Source: an uncultured Candidatus Saccharibacteria bacterium
GTDB lineage: Bacteria; Patescibacteriota; Minisyncoccia; Phycocordibacterales; UBA12445
Direction of reading: 5' to 3'
Assembly: GCA_964649715.1 (NCBI GenBank)
Contig: CAZYTH010000008.1
Location: 1-55,633 of the forward strand
Length of the DNA: 55,633 nucleotides
Below the pieces are notes generated by a model. It searched no databases and had not been told where the DNA came from. It was given only the letters and a program-made list of their open reading frames with translations. The first letter of the stretch is position 1, and every line of letters begins with the position of its first letter. Position numbers and translations under genes: made by a program. Shown here in pieces: positions 18,676-28,227 of this stretch.

Positions 18676-19036
18676 GTCTGTGTCGGACAACTGCTTCTAA
18701 TTCATTTTAGGGGAGGAAAGTCCGAACATTCATTAAAAACAGTGCTCACTAAATTAGTGAACACTAATAAGGTAGCGGGTAACACCCGCCTTGGGTAACC
18801 ATAGAGGTGCGAACAGAGACGTCAAGCTTCGAAAGGAGTTTGAGCGCTTCCGCAAGGATGCGTAGCTCCCGTAAAAATACGGGAGGTGCAACGGCAAAAC
18901 CCTTACTTGAATGCAAGGCCGTGATTTAACGAAAGTTAAATAGTGCCGCTAGAGCCAGGTAGTAATATTTGGCCCAGATAAATAGTTGTCTTCGCCGTTT
19001 ATTCGGCGAAACAGAATTCGGCTTATAGGCACAGAC
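18676..19036 (+). ncRNA. rnpB: RNase P RNA
   Basis: P4 signatures GAGGAAAGTCC and ACAGAATTCGGCTTA; P1 GTCTGTGTC/GGCACAGAC; TATAAT at 18663-18668. Confidence 0.95.
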
Positions 19037-19079
19037 AATATAAAAACCCGTTCTTATGAACGGGTTTTTATATTGTCTG
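19032..19079. terminator. Perfect 22-bp hairpin between convergent rnpB and nrdJ
   Basis: CAGACAATATAAAAACCCGTTC-TTAT-GAACGGGTTTTTATATTGTCTG. Confidence 0.8.
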
Positions 19080-19146
19080 ATTAAAAGTAAAAAGTTATAA
19101 AGTTTGTAAAGTTAAAAAGTCTAATATTAATCTTAGAAAATTTTTA

Positions 19147-21453
19147 CTATTTATCCTTTGGCATTGGCTCTATTTCACAAAGTCCAGCGGTACAAGCAAG
19201 TTCTTTTGAACCCTTCGTCTGATCATCATATTCATAAAGAACAAGTTTGGAAAAATCTATCACAGGAAAAGAAGCCATTCTATCTTTATACTCCTTCTCT
19301 GTTATCTCTTCGTATGGAGCAAGCCTGTAAACATGTTCGTCCCTCGGCAAAAAAGATAGACCTCCAACCATGTCCCAATTGTCGTAAACAGCACTCCCAA
19401 CCTTTAGCCACTCCTCACTTCCAATTGAAATGGTTATAGAAGGATTGTGCTCCGTATAATGTGTTTTAAGCATTTTCCAATAATCAAACTGGTCTATAGC
19501 AGTAAGATCATTTTTGACCACAGAACCGTCCGGTGACTTTATGGGAAATTCGAGAACATAGGTTTTAGCGTTTGATTCGTCTTGACCGACTTCCGGCTGA
19601 TAAGGAACTCCCATATCTTTAAGCATCATGAATATAGGATTATGATTCTCAATCCTAACTCTTCTAATATAATACTTAGAGTGTCTGGGGTGACATCCGG
19701 ATGAGGAATCAAAAAGCTGAGAACCATTACCTGACGGCTTAACACACGTAACAGCAGTGGCCGGATTTATACCAAATCTCTTTGCGTATTTTTTGTTTGT
19801 TTCAATAGCCACTTTCCTCATTTTCTCAAGCGTCTGAGGATTTCTAAGCGCCTTACAATCCCACTGACCTGTTATAGAAACACCAAGAAGTGCCTCTTCT
19901 TCACAATTCTTTTTCCACTCCTTAGAAAGATATGGGAATTTAGTTAAGGTGGCCTGATATGTTCCGAGCATTGAAGCAACTCTTGCCTTTTCAAGGAGCG
20001 TCTTTTCGGTATCCTCTTTCCTTGCAACAATCTCGCTCAAGTTACAAAATTGTTTTGATTTTAAAATTATCTCACCACAAGGATTTATTCCACAATCTTC
20101 CGCATCTTTTTCAAACTTTGCCCACCTTCTCTCCGGTAGCTGTTTATTCAAGCTACCCCTATTAAATATTCCCCTCTCTCCAGATCCCGACCTTAAAAGA
20201 TTTAACCACTCTTCCATAAATTGCTCTACAGTAGGTTTTTCATTATAGACTACAGAATTATTTGCCATACTTCTCTCTGGATTAGAAAGATAGAACTGAC
20301 CATTCTTAGCATCTCTCATCTCAGGATCGTCCAGTTCTGAAAGAGATATGAGGGCACTTCTTCTAACACCACCCATGACCACAACCTCTCCTATTTTACA
20401 AACAATATCGTGAACATCGAGTGTAGTTAAGTGTCTACCCTGCCTTGAGATCATTTTCCCTCTAGCAAAATCAAGCAAAGCCTTTAATGGTTCCGGACCG
20501 GAAGCCCTTCCACCCATTGTGTTCAATCTGGCACCCTGTGGTCTTATCTTTGAATAATCAAAATCCATATCCCCTCCCTCAGACCATGTCCTCAACCCAA
20601 GAACTGTCGCCTCCGCCCAACCCTCTTTACTGTCCTCTATAACATGCTTTGGACTTTTCTTGCCTGTGCTTCTTTTTATTATAGGGAGCACTTCTACATT
20701 TTGTCTCTCAACAGAAAAACCAATACCCGTTCCACACATGAGCACATACATTATCTCTCCAAAATCTCGCCAACACTTAGGGGCAATGAATGCGCAATTA
20801 TAGGCTGCAACATTTGTAGACCTCGATGCTGCTCCTGCTGCCCAAAAAAGCCTCATCGAACCCATTGTCTTCATCTGTAGCATATAGTCTCTTACCTCTT
20901 CACACTCGGCATCGGTAATCTTCTTTCCAAGATTTTCCTTCATAAATACAATGTATCTATCAACTGTTTCCAACCACGTCTCTCTTCTTCCTTTCTCAGG
21001 CATCCACCTTGAATAAGAGCTATAAAAAACAAACTCCGAAAGAGGATTTCTGAAATATTTTTTACTTTCTGTCACAAATTTTCGAACTTCCTCGCTAACA
21101 ACAACCCCACTGTGTCTTCTTGCCTCCGCTCTCTTTTCTCTATATAAAATATATGCCTTTGCCGTCTTCGGATAACTCATTAAAATAAGCTCATTCTCAA
21201 TTATATCCTGAATATCCTCAACCGTTGGCACGTAATCCTTGTCTTCTGAAATTGTCTTCAGAATCTCCTTAACAACGGAGTGTGCAACATACCTTGCCTC
21301 GTCTTCCTTGCCCTCCCCAGAGACGTTCATGGCCTTTGCAATAGCTCCCGTTATTCTATTCATATCAAAATCAACCGTTGTTCCATCTCTCTTCATAATC
21401 TTTGTCGGCATCTTAGCCAGTCTCTTGTTTTGTTTTCTTTTTTCTTCGGGCAT
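19147..21453 (-). CDS. nrdJ: Class II (adenosylcobalamin-dependent) ribonucleotide reductase with N-terminal ATP-cone
   Basis: IMKRDG ATP-cone, RRSALI, NPCGEI, TCVKPSG, C-terminal CTAGLC redox pair. Confidence 0.92.
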   Translation of the reverse strand: MPEEKRKQNKRLAKMPTKIMKRDGTTVDFDMNRITGAIAKAMNVSGEGKEDEARYVAHSVVKEILKTISEDKDYVPTVEDIQDIIENELILMSYPKTAKAYILYREKRAEARRHSGVVVSEEVRKFVTESKKYFRNPLSEFVFYSSYSRWMPEKGRRETWLETVDRYIVFMKENLGKKITDAECEEVRDYMLQMKTMGSMRLFWAAGAASRSTNVAAYNCAFIAPKCWRDFGEIMYVLMCGTGIGFSVERQNVEVLPIIKRSTGKKSPKHVIEDSKEGWAEATVLGLRTWSEGGDMDFDYSKIRPQGARLNTMGGRASGPEPLKALLDFARGKMISRQGRHLTTLDVHDIVCKIGEVVVMGGVRRSALISLSELDDPEMRDAKNGQFYLSNPERSMANNSVVYNEKPTVEQFMEEWLNLLRSGSGERGIFNRGSLNKQLPERRWAKFEKDAEDCGINPCGEIILKSKQFCNLSEIVARKEDTEKTLLEKARVASMLGTYQATLTKFPYLSKEWKKNCEEEALLGVSITGQWDCKALRNPQTLEKMRKVAIETNKKYAKRFGINPATAVTCVKPSGNGSQLFDSSSGCHPRHSKYYIRRVRIENHNPIFMMLKDMGVPYQPEVGQDESNAKTYVLEFPIKSPDGSVVKNDLTAIDQFDYWKMLKTHYTEHNPSITISIGSEEWLKVGSAVYDNWDMVGGLSFLPRDEHVYRLAPYEEITEKEYKDRMASFPVIDFSKLVLYEYDDQTKGSKELACTAGLCEIEPMPKDK

Positions 21454-21682
21454 TTCTTTTTTTTATTGATAAACTTTTAAACTAAGTATAATTTTAAACA
21501 AAAACAACAAAAATAAAAATAAAAAAGGGGATAACTTTTCTAAAAAAAATATAATGTAACAAAAAATAATTATGTAAAAAAAATACCCAGAAAAACCTTA
21601 TTTTAAGTATTTTTTACACTTTCAAAAACAACGAGGAATAAACAATTTTTTCTATTAACGTCAAAAACAGAAAAATGTAAAG

Positions 21683-22342
21683 CTACTCAACCCTAATGGA
21701 ACTTATCTTCTTTTCTCTCGGCTCTCCACGCGTAAAAGCAAAAGCGAAGTTAAGCCAAAACCATCCCAACAAATAAGCTGACAAAACATCACTCAGATAA
21801 TGTACCCCAAGGTAAAGCCGACTAAATCCGATAAATATTATCAATACCGAGAGAAAAAAAGTGATCAAATATTTTTTATTTCTACCAATATCTAAATAAT
21901 TAAATGCTAAAAAAGAAAGATATCCATAAATAAAAAAAGAAGCTATTGAGTGTCCACTGGGGAATGAATAAGTGAAACCTTCATAAAGCTCGGCGCCAAG
22001 AGGTCTATCTCTTTCTACAATATTTTTGAGAACCCACCCAGTACCAACGTTTGCAAAAAAAGAAAACAAAAAAACCTGAAGATTAATAATTTTTACTTTA
22101 GACCTACCCCACAAAAAGAAAAAGACGACAACAACCAAAAAAGACACAAAATATTTACCACCCAAAAAAGTTATCTTGTTCCAAAAATTTATCCCATTCT
22201 CGCTACGAAAAGAAGAAATAAAATTATCAAAAGCGCCATCAACATTTATTATGTACTCCGAAAAAACAAAACCCATCGCAATAACCGTTGCAATTATGAT
22301 TGCTACCTTTAAAATATTAAATGATTTAAACATGTGATTCAT
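21683..22342 (-). CDS. PAP2-family membrane phosphatase
   Basis: K..V.R.RP, SFPSGHS, SRLYLGVHYLSDV. Confidence 0.9.
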   Translation of the reverse strand: MNHMFKSFNILKVAIIIATVIAMGFVFSEYIINVDGAFDNFISSFRSENGINFWNKITFLGGKYFVSFLVVVVFFFLWGRSKVKIINLQVFLFSFFANVGTGWVLKNIVERDRPLGAELYEGFTYSFPSGHSIASFFIYGYLSFLAFNYLDIGRNKKYLITFFLSVLIIFIGFSRLYLGVHYLSDVLSAYLLGWFWLNFAFAFTRGEPREKKISSIRVE

Positions 22343-22476
22343 CTTACCAGTAAAAAATGAGACTTTCCAGTCTTTTATAAATAAAACATGTGCGAGGTTG
22401 GCATTTTTCCATAAATCATAAAGGTTACTGATGTTTCTTTCAATTTTAATAAAAATGAACTAAAATATCTAAAAAA

Positions 22477-23343
22477 ATGACAAAAATAAACAAAATATCA
22501 ATATTCAAAAGAAACGATAATAAAAAAGCGATCATTTGGGAAGAAAAAATAACTAAATGGCTTACAGAAAAACATCCAGAAATAAAAATAATACCCTTAC
22601 CAAAAAATTCAAATGTGTGTTCTATCTTTCCTGATGTGATCATCGTTCTTGGTGGAGACGGAACGATAATAGAAATGGCCCAGAGACACAATCGGTGCAA
22701 CTCACTTATAATGGGATTAAATTTGGGACACATAGGTTTTATGGCCTCAATAAGAAATCAGAAAGAATTTATTTCTGGAATCAGCAAACTATTAAAAGGA
22801 AAATACAGAATTGACGAAAGAATAAAGATAAAAGCAGAAATAATAAGGGGTGGTAAAAAATATTCAGAATTATCCGCAGTAAATGAAATAACTGTTCAGA
22901 GTCTTTTTGGTATTGTGGAATTAAAAATTGAAATAGAAAAACATCCTTTTCAGTATATAAGAGGAAATGGTGTGATGGTCTCTACTGCAAGTGGTTCAAC
23001 TGCTTACAACCTATCGGCACACGGCCCAATAATAATGCCGGATATAAAATGTTTTATTATCACGGAGCTACTTGATCACAATCTTCCCACGCCGAGTGTT
23101 GTTATAAAAGAAGACAAAACGCTATCTGTGACCATAGAAGATTTCCGAAAGAATGATAAATTTACGATAACAAAGACAGGCGAAAAGGCTGATGTCATAA
23201 TAACGTCTGACGGAACAGAAATAATTTCTCTAAAAAAGGGAGATAAGATAATAATAAAAAGCTCAGATGATTTGGTTAAATTCGTAGAAATAAAACCCAA
23301 TTACTTTCTAAAAAGCCTAAAAGAAAAATTTGCCTTTAGGTAA
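22477..23343 (+). CDS. nadK: NAD(+) kinase
   Basis: VLGGDGT, NLGHIGF, AVNE, STASGSTAYNLSAHGP. Confidence 0.92.
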   Translation: MTKINKISIFKRNDNKKAIIWEEKITKWLTEKHPEIKIIPLPKNSNVCSIFPDVIIVLGGDGTIIEMAQRHNRCNSLIMGLNLGHIGFMASIRNQKEFISGISKLLKGKYRIDERIKIKAEIIRGGKKYSELSAVNEITVQSLFGIVELKIEIEKHPFQYIRGNGVMVSTASGSTAYNLSAHGPIIMPDIKCFIITELLDHNLPTPSVVIKEDKTLSVTIEDFRKNDKFTITKTGEKADVIITSDGTEIISLKKGDKIIIKSSDDLVKFVEIKPNYFLKSLKEKFAFR

Positions 23344-23398
23344 TTCGAACTTTGTCGACTTTTTACAAAATGTTATTTTTCTAAACAAAAAAAAACAC

Positions 23399-23422
23399 TG
23401 TGTGTGTTTTAAAACGCACACA
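23399..23422. terminator. Inverted repeat between nadK and a convergent small ORF
   Basis: TGTGTGTGTTTT/AAAACGCACACA (one G-U pair). Confidence 0.5.
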
Positions 23423-23459
23423 AACTAGGCACTATTTAATTGATTAAAAATAATTAAAG

Positions 23460-23609
23460 CTAATTTGCAGTAATATCATCACTGTCCAATGCGTCGTAAT
23501 CCAACTCTTCATCTTTGTCTTTAAATTCTTCTTCAGAATCTATATCCATATCTTCTAACAGATCCAATGGCTCGCCGTTTTCGTCTAGTTTATCCCTCTT
23601 TTTATTCAA
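23460..23609 (-). CDS. Small highly acidic protein (49 aa), absent from the ORF track
   Basis: Hand translation from TTG: MNKKRDKLDENGEPLDLLEDMDIDSEEEFKDKDEELDYDALDSDDITAN; 21 of 49 residues are D/E. Confidence 0.55.
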   Translation of the reverse strand: MNKKRDKLDENGEPLDLLEDMDIDSEEEFKDKDEELDYDALDSDDITAN

Positions 23610-23670
23610 AGTTTTTTTATAAATTAATAAGTCTAAATAAAATTATATTAAAATTTGAAAAAAAACAAAA

Positions 23671-23688
23671 CCCGGGAAAATTCCCGGG
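23671..23688 (-). terminator. Intrinsic terminator after the HD-domain gene
   Basis: CCCGGGAA-AA-TTCCCGGG with an A run on the left. Confidence 0.7.
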
Positions 23689-23708
23689 TGATAAATTTTA
23701 ATTTATTC

Positions 23709-24338
23709 TTATTTTTTATTCGTTGGATTTACCCAATGTTTATCTTTCTTGTCCCGAAACCACCAATGATCAAAATCGGTCTCTAGTATGGCGTTAGCGA
23801 GTCTAACGCTCTCTTCTGTTTTTAGTCGTTGGAGTAGTGAGGGAATCCAACTTCTTGCTCGCTCGTTACCTATATCTATCATTTCTTTCAAAGAAAGTAA
23901 CAACTCAATTTGATCAGCATCTCTTGCTATCTGTGCCTCAAGAGTCTCTCCTTTTTCGAATTCCTTAAGAAGACAGAGCATTCTTTTTCCAAATGGGACA
24001 GTTTTAGCCAGATCCATCCTAGCCCTCTTCTCAGCCAGGCTTTTATCTCTAAAATATTTTTGACTCAAATAATTTAGATCAGAAATACGCGCCTCAGAAA
24101 GATCGTGGAAAAGACACATTTCGATAACTTTTCCAATATTTGCGCCCATCATAAATGCCAGCGAAAAACCAATAAAAGAAGTCCGACATGTGTGTTCGGC
24201 ATCATTTTGTTTATGAGTCCCAAGTGCCACATGAGGAAATCCACTTCTCGGTGTATGTGCAAGCATCCCCGCTTCAAATAGAAAATCAGCGATTCCTTCA
24301 AAAACAAAATCCCCTGTCTTTTCTTTTGGTTTTTTCAA
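23709..24338 (-). CDS. HD-domain phosphohydrolase (YfbR/HDDC2-like 5'-deoxynucleotidase)
   Basis: RSGF...AEHT.R...FHDLSEARISD...DADQIELL; GGAGG RBS. Confidence 0.85.
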   Translation of the reverse strand: MKKPKEKTGDFVFEGIADFLFEAGMLAHTPRSGFPHVALGTHKQNDAEHTCRTSFIGFSLAFMMGANIGKVIEMCLFHDLSEARISDLNYLSQKYFRDKSLAEKRARMDLAKTVPFGKRMLCLLKEFEKGETLEAQIARDADQIELLLSLKEMIDIGNERARSWIPSLLQRLKTEESVRLANAILETDFDHWWFRDKKDKHWVNPTNKK

Positions 24339-24450
24339 AAAGCATCCTCCTAATTCTAAAGAACTGTTATTAAGATGATACTATTCTAAAAAAAATAAAT
24401 ATCAAGCTTCATTTATCTTCCCAAAAAAGCTAGAATTAAAAAGAAACCCA

Positions 24451-26292
24451 ATGAAAAAAAAATTATTTTTATTTGTACTGCTTCTTACCTCCTCTATAAT
24501 GGGTTTATTCTTTATATTTGAAATAAAATATAAAGGAAAATTTTATCCTGGAATTAACATAAACAACACTTTTGTTTCTGGAAAAAATTTTGAAGAAATA
24601 ATGGGAATGTATTCATCTAAGATAGATAAGATATCTTTTGAGGGAATAAAAATTATTATAAAAAGAAAAGAAGGGGAAAAAGAAATAAGAATACCAATGT
24701 ATGCAAGCGGAAAGAATCCCGATGAGGTTGTAGAATATTTTTCTTTTGGCGATTGGAAGAATACCATAAAAAAAGGATATGAATACGGAAGAACTGGTGG
24801 CACAATTGGGCAACTTTTCCAAAAAATATCTATTTTATTTTTTAAACCAAAAAATTTTAATTTACCTGTTGTCTATCAAAATGAAGCCATGGATTCTTTT
24901 TATTACCGAGAACTAAAAAGTTTCTTAAAAGAACCGTTACCAGCTACTTTTTTGTACAAAAACTCAAAAGTATCTATTTCAAAGGAAATGATTGGCGAAA
25001 AAATAGATAAAGAAGAAATAAAAGAGGAAATAACAAAAAAATTAACCTCCCTAGACACCTCACCCATACTAATAAAAACCACGGAAAGCTTTCCTGATGT
25101 TACTGAAGAAAAACTCTCCTCTTATCTTCCTTTGGCAAAAGAAATATCCCAAGGAATAAATATTACTTTTAAATACTCAAACTATGAATGGAGCGTTAGC
25201 GGGAAAAAACTTATTACGTGGTTAACATTAAATAAAAAAGGAAGACTCGCAATAGATCCAGAAAAACTAGAGGCCTTTCTATATGGCAACATTATTCCGA
25301 TAATAGACAACCCACCCATAAGCAGTAGGTTTGAAATAATAAACGGAAAATTAACTGAAACCTTTCCAGGAAAAAATGGAAACATGGTTGATGTTTTAAA
25401 AACAGTAGCAAAAACTGAGAGAGCCATATTTGGAATGGACAGATCTCTCGGTTTAAAGGACAAACTGTTGGCCTCTGTAGGAAACATTGCTCATGAAAAT
25501 TTTGAAATAAAAAACAATTCCATCATTATACCAATAGAGATAACCGAAACCCCACCAAAAGTAACACTAGACACTATCTTAGAATATGAAATAAGGGATA
25601 TCGTTGGCTCTTCAACCACCAACTTCAAGGGAAGTAGTGAGGACAGGATATATAACATAAAAACAGGGGTTTCAAAAATAACAGGTCGGCTGATAGCACC
25701 AAATGAAGAATTCTCAACAGTTTTTGCGATAGGAACAACAAGCGAACAAGCTGGTTTTCTTAAGGAATTTGTAATAAAAGATAATAGAAGCGTCAAAGAG
25801 TCTGGAGGCGGGCTCTGTCAAATAGCAACCACACTGTTCAGGCTCGCTCTTGATGCAGGACTTCCAATCACAGAAAGAGTTAACCACAGATACGTTGTTG
25901 GATATTATGGAGCTGGTTTAGATGCAACCATATATGACCCACACCCAGACTTTCGTTTTTTAAATGATACAAACAACTATCTTTTGCTTCAAGGGGAGGT
26001 GGTTGGAAACGAGATAACATTCAAGTTATTCGGCCTAAAAGATGGTAGAAAAGTATCAATATCAAAACCAACATTGAAAGACGAAAAACCAGCCCCAGAA
26101 GTAAAATATTTTATGAGCGAAGAAGTCCAATATGCGACTATGGAATGTAGCGAAACACCAAGAAAAGGAATCACCGCCGAGGTAAAATACAAAGTTGAAT
26201 ACCGAAACGGAGAAACGAAAGAACAGACCTTCAAAAGCGTCTATCAACCGTGGGGTAAAATATGTCTTATAGGCCTTAAAAAAACAAATTAA
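24451..26292 (+). CDS. VanW-family surface protein with peptidoglycan-binding and G5-like regions
   Basis: N-terminal TM; R.YNIK...GGGLCQIATTLFR...ERVNH.Y..Y...G.DATI..P..DFRF.N. Confidence 0.88.
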   Translation: MKKKLFLFVLLLTSSIMGLFFIFEIKYKGKFYPGININNTFVSGKNFEEIMGMYSSKIDKISFEGIKIIIKRKEGEKEIRIPMYASGKNPDEVVEYFSFGDWKNTIKKGYEYGRTGGTIGQLFQKISILFFKPKNFNLPVVYQNEAMDSFYYRELKSFLKEPLPATFLYKNSKVSISKEMIGEKIDKEEIKEEITKKLTSLDTSPILIKTTESFPDVTEEKLSSYLPLAKEISQGINITFKYSNYEWSVSGKKLITWLTLNKKGRLAIDPEKLEAFLYGNIIPIIDNPPISSRFEIINGKLTETFPGKNGNMVDVLKTVAKTERAIFGMDRSLGLKDKLLASVGNIAHENFEIKNNSIIIPIEITETPPKVTLDTILEYEIRDIVGSSTTNFKGSSEDRIYNIKTGVSKITGRLIAPNEEFSTVFAIGTTSEQAGFLKEFVIKDNRSVKESGGGLCQIATTLFRLALDAGLPITERVNHRYVVGYYGAGLDATIYDPHPDFRFLNDTNNYLLLQGEVVGNEITFKLFGLKDGRKVSISKPTLKDEKPAPEVKYFMSEEVQYATMECSETPRKGITAEVKYKVEYRNGETKEQTFKSVYQPWGKICLIGLKKTN

Positions 26293-26297
26293 CAATT

Positions 26298-26864
26298 TTA
26301 AGAAAAAATCCAATCAAGCAATTCCTCTTTTCCTTCTTTTGTTTTTGCAGAACAGGAAATAACTCGAATCCCAGGAAAAACATTACTTATTTTTTTAAGA
26401 CCAATACTTCTGTCTCTTTGGTTTAACGTATCCGCCTTGTTGGCTGCTATTAAAAATTCCTCTCCTTGATTTTTTATTATTTTAGATATTTCGGTATCCA
26501 TTTCGTTTGGTCCAACCTTTATATCCACAACAATTACTGTTTTTCTATTTGGAACACTTTCTAAAAAATACCACTGTATCATTTTAGCGATCTGTTCTCT
26601 CATTTTGATTGGTAATTTTGCATAACCATATCCAGGAAGATCTACAAAATATCTATCCTCATTCACTAAAAAAAAATTAATTTCTCTTGTCTTCCCAGGC
26701 ATCTTTCCTGAACGAACCAAATCTTTGGTCCCCAAAAGACAATTCATTAAGCTAGATTTTCCAACATTAGAACGCCCCGCAAAAGCAATTTGAGGACTAA
26801 CATCATACAAAATATTATTCGTACCCCGTATCCCCTTTTTAAATATTGCGCTTTTTATTTTCAT
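26298..26864 (-). CDS. ysxC: Ribosome biogenesis GTPase YsxC/EngB
   Basis: AFAGRSNVGKSSL, PGKTREINFF, VDLPGYGYA, NKAD. Confidence 0.95.
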   Translation of the reverse strand: MKIKSAIFKKGIRGTNNILYDVSPQIAFAGRSNVGKSSLMNCLLGTKDLVRSGKMPGKTREINFFLVNEDRYFVDLPGYGYAKLPIKMREQIAKMIQWYFLESVPNRKTVIVVDIKVGPNEMDTEISKIIKNQGEEFLIAANKADTLNQRDRSIGLKKISNVFPGIRVISCSAKTKEGKEELLDWIFS

Positions 26865-26923
26865 TTATATTTTAAAAATTAAAAAATATCTCTGTAAAAA
26901 ACGCAACGTAGAAAAAACTCTTT

Positions 26924-27328
26924 CTATTTCTTTGTTCCGAGAATATCTATCAAAACATCCATCTTAGAAGATATTTCCATGAGCTTTTCTTTAATTTGAG
27001 AAAAGTCCAAACTACTATCTTTTTTAAAATCAGACGATGGCCTCCTTTCCCTACTTCCGCCAAAATTTCCCCGAAAGCTACTTCTGCCACCCTCTTCCTT
27101 ACCCCCGAAACATTCACTACAAAAAACTTTTCTATCTCCAGAAGGACGAAACGGAACTTCACAATTCTTACCACAATCTGAACAAATCACCTTATGCATT
27201 TCAGGCTTTCCATCCCTGTCACCAAAACTCTTTCTACCCCCAGAAGAATATCCCCCAGTCGTTCTTCTCTCTCCACCAAACCTTCCTCTCCCCATACCGA
27301 CTTTCTGTTTAAAATCTCCCATATACAT
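26924..27328 (-). CDS. CxxC-x17-CxxC domain protein
   Basis: EMHKVICSDCGKNCEVPFRPSGDRKVFCSECF flanked by RGG-rich segments. Confidence 0.88.
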   Translation of the reverse strand: MYMGDFKQKVGMGRGRFGGERRTTGGYSSGGRKSFGDRDGKPEMHKVICSDCGKNCEVPFRPSGDRKVFCSECFGGKEEGGRSSFRGNFGGSRERRPSSDFKKDSSLDFSQIKEKLMEISSKMDVLIDILGTKK

Positions 27329-27445
27329 TTCTATCTTAATTTTTAATTATCACATAAAACCTACTCACAAGAGAGTTTGTACTATTATTGACAAAAACGC
27401 AAGTAAATGTAACTTTAATAAAAAAATATTTTTAAAAAATAAAAT

Positions 27446-27937
27446 CTAGTTATTGCTGAAATCACAATTACATTTAGGAAAAGGTTCGTTGTGAATAGCA
27501 AGCATCCATCTTATTTTGCCATCTCTGGGACCTCGCCATCTTTTTAAGAATTCTTTTTTATCTAGACGAAAATCTCCTCCATTCCATGGATCATTAAATA
27601 TGATCTTCTTTGGCGAGAATCCAATAACTACGGCGTAATGACTCTCTTCGTCTGTGGGTTCAACATAATTAACAATAACAGGTATCTTCTTTCTAATAAG
27701 ACTGTCCAGCTCTTTAAGCGTTGCATTTGTTTTAGCACAATAATGAAAACCACTCTTCTTAACGGTACGTATCATTCTCTTCTTCTTCGTTCCGATATCC
27801 TCATCTGTTTTCATTTTCTTTGCCAAAAACTCCTGGTCTGTATCAAAATCAAAATAAGAAAAAACCATCTGAAGAGAAGCAGGTCCGCAAAAATAATCAT
27901 TTTTTTGTTTTACAAAAGGAATATCTATTTTGCTCAT
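27446..27937 (-). CDS. C39-like cysteine peptidase
   Basis: QKNDYFCGPASL, HYAVVIG, FNDP catalytic pattern. Confidence 0.85.
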   Translation of the reverse strand: MSKIDIPFVKQKNDYFCGPASLQMVFSYFDFDTDQEFLAKKMKTDEDIGTKKKRMIRTVKKSGFHYCAKTNATLKELDSLIRKKIPVIVNYVEPTDEESHYAVVIGFSPKKIIFNDPWNGGDFRLDKKEFLKRWRGPRDGKIRWMLAIHNEPFPKCNCDFSNN

Positions 27938-28227
27938 TTTGTTTCATGTTATTTAGATAAAAGTCTTATGTTAAGTATATCATAAAAAATTATATTTGAC
28001 AAGCTAGTATATTTCATATGTAATAAAAAACTAGTAGCGCCAAGATACTTCTACTCTTTTTTGTTTTCTAGCAAACAAAAAACAAAAAGCGCATATTTGT
28101 GCACTTTTTCTAATAACCTAAATTGAATATTAAAATTCCACAATAAACACTTATTTTAGCTCCCATCATACATAAAAATATCTAAAGCGAATTATTTAGC
28201 ACAAAAACAAATTCCTATTTATTCATA

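Noticed and set aside
19147-21680. Intein/intron in nrdJ or a cobalamin riboswitch upstream
   Set aside because: The ORF is continuous with normal motif spacing, and the leader is A-rich without riboswitch core motifs.
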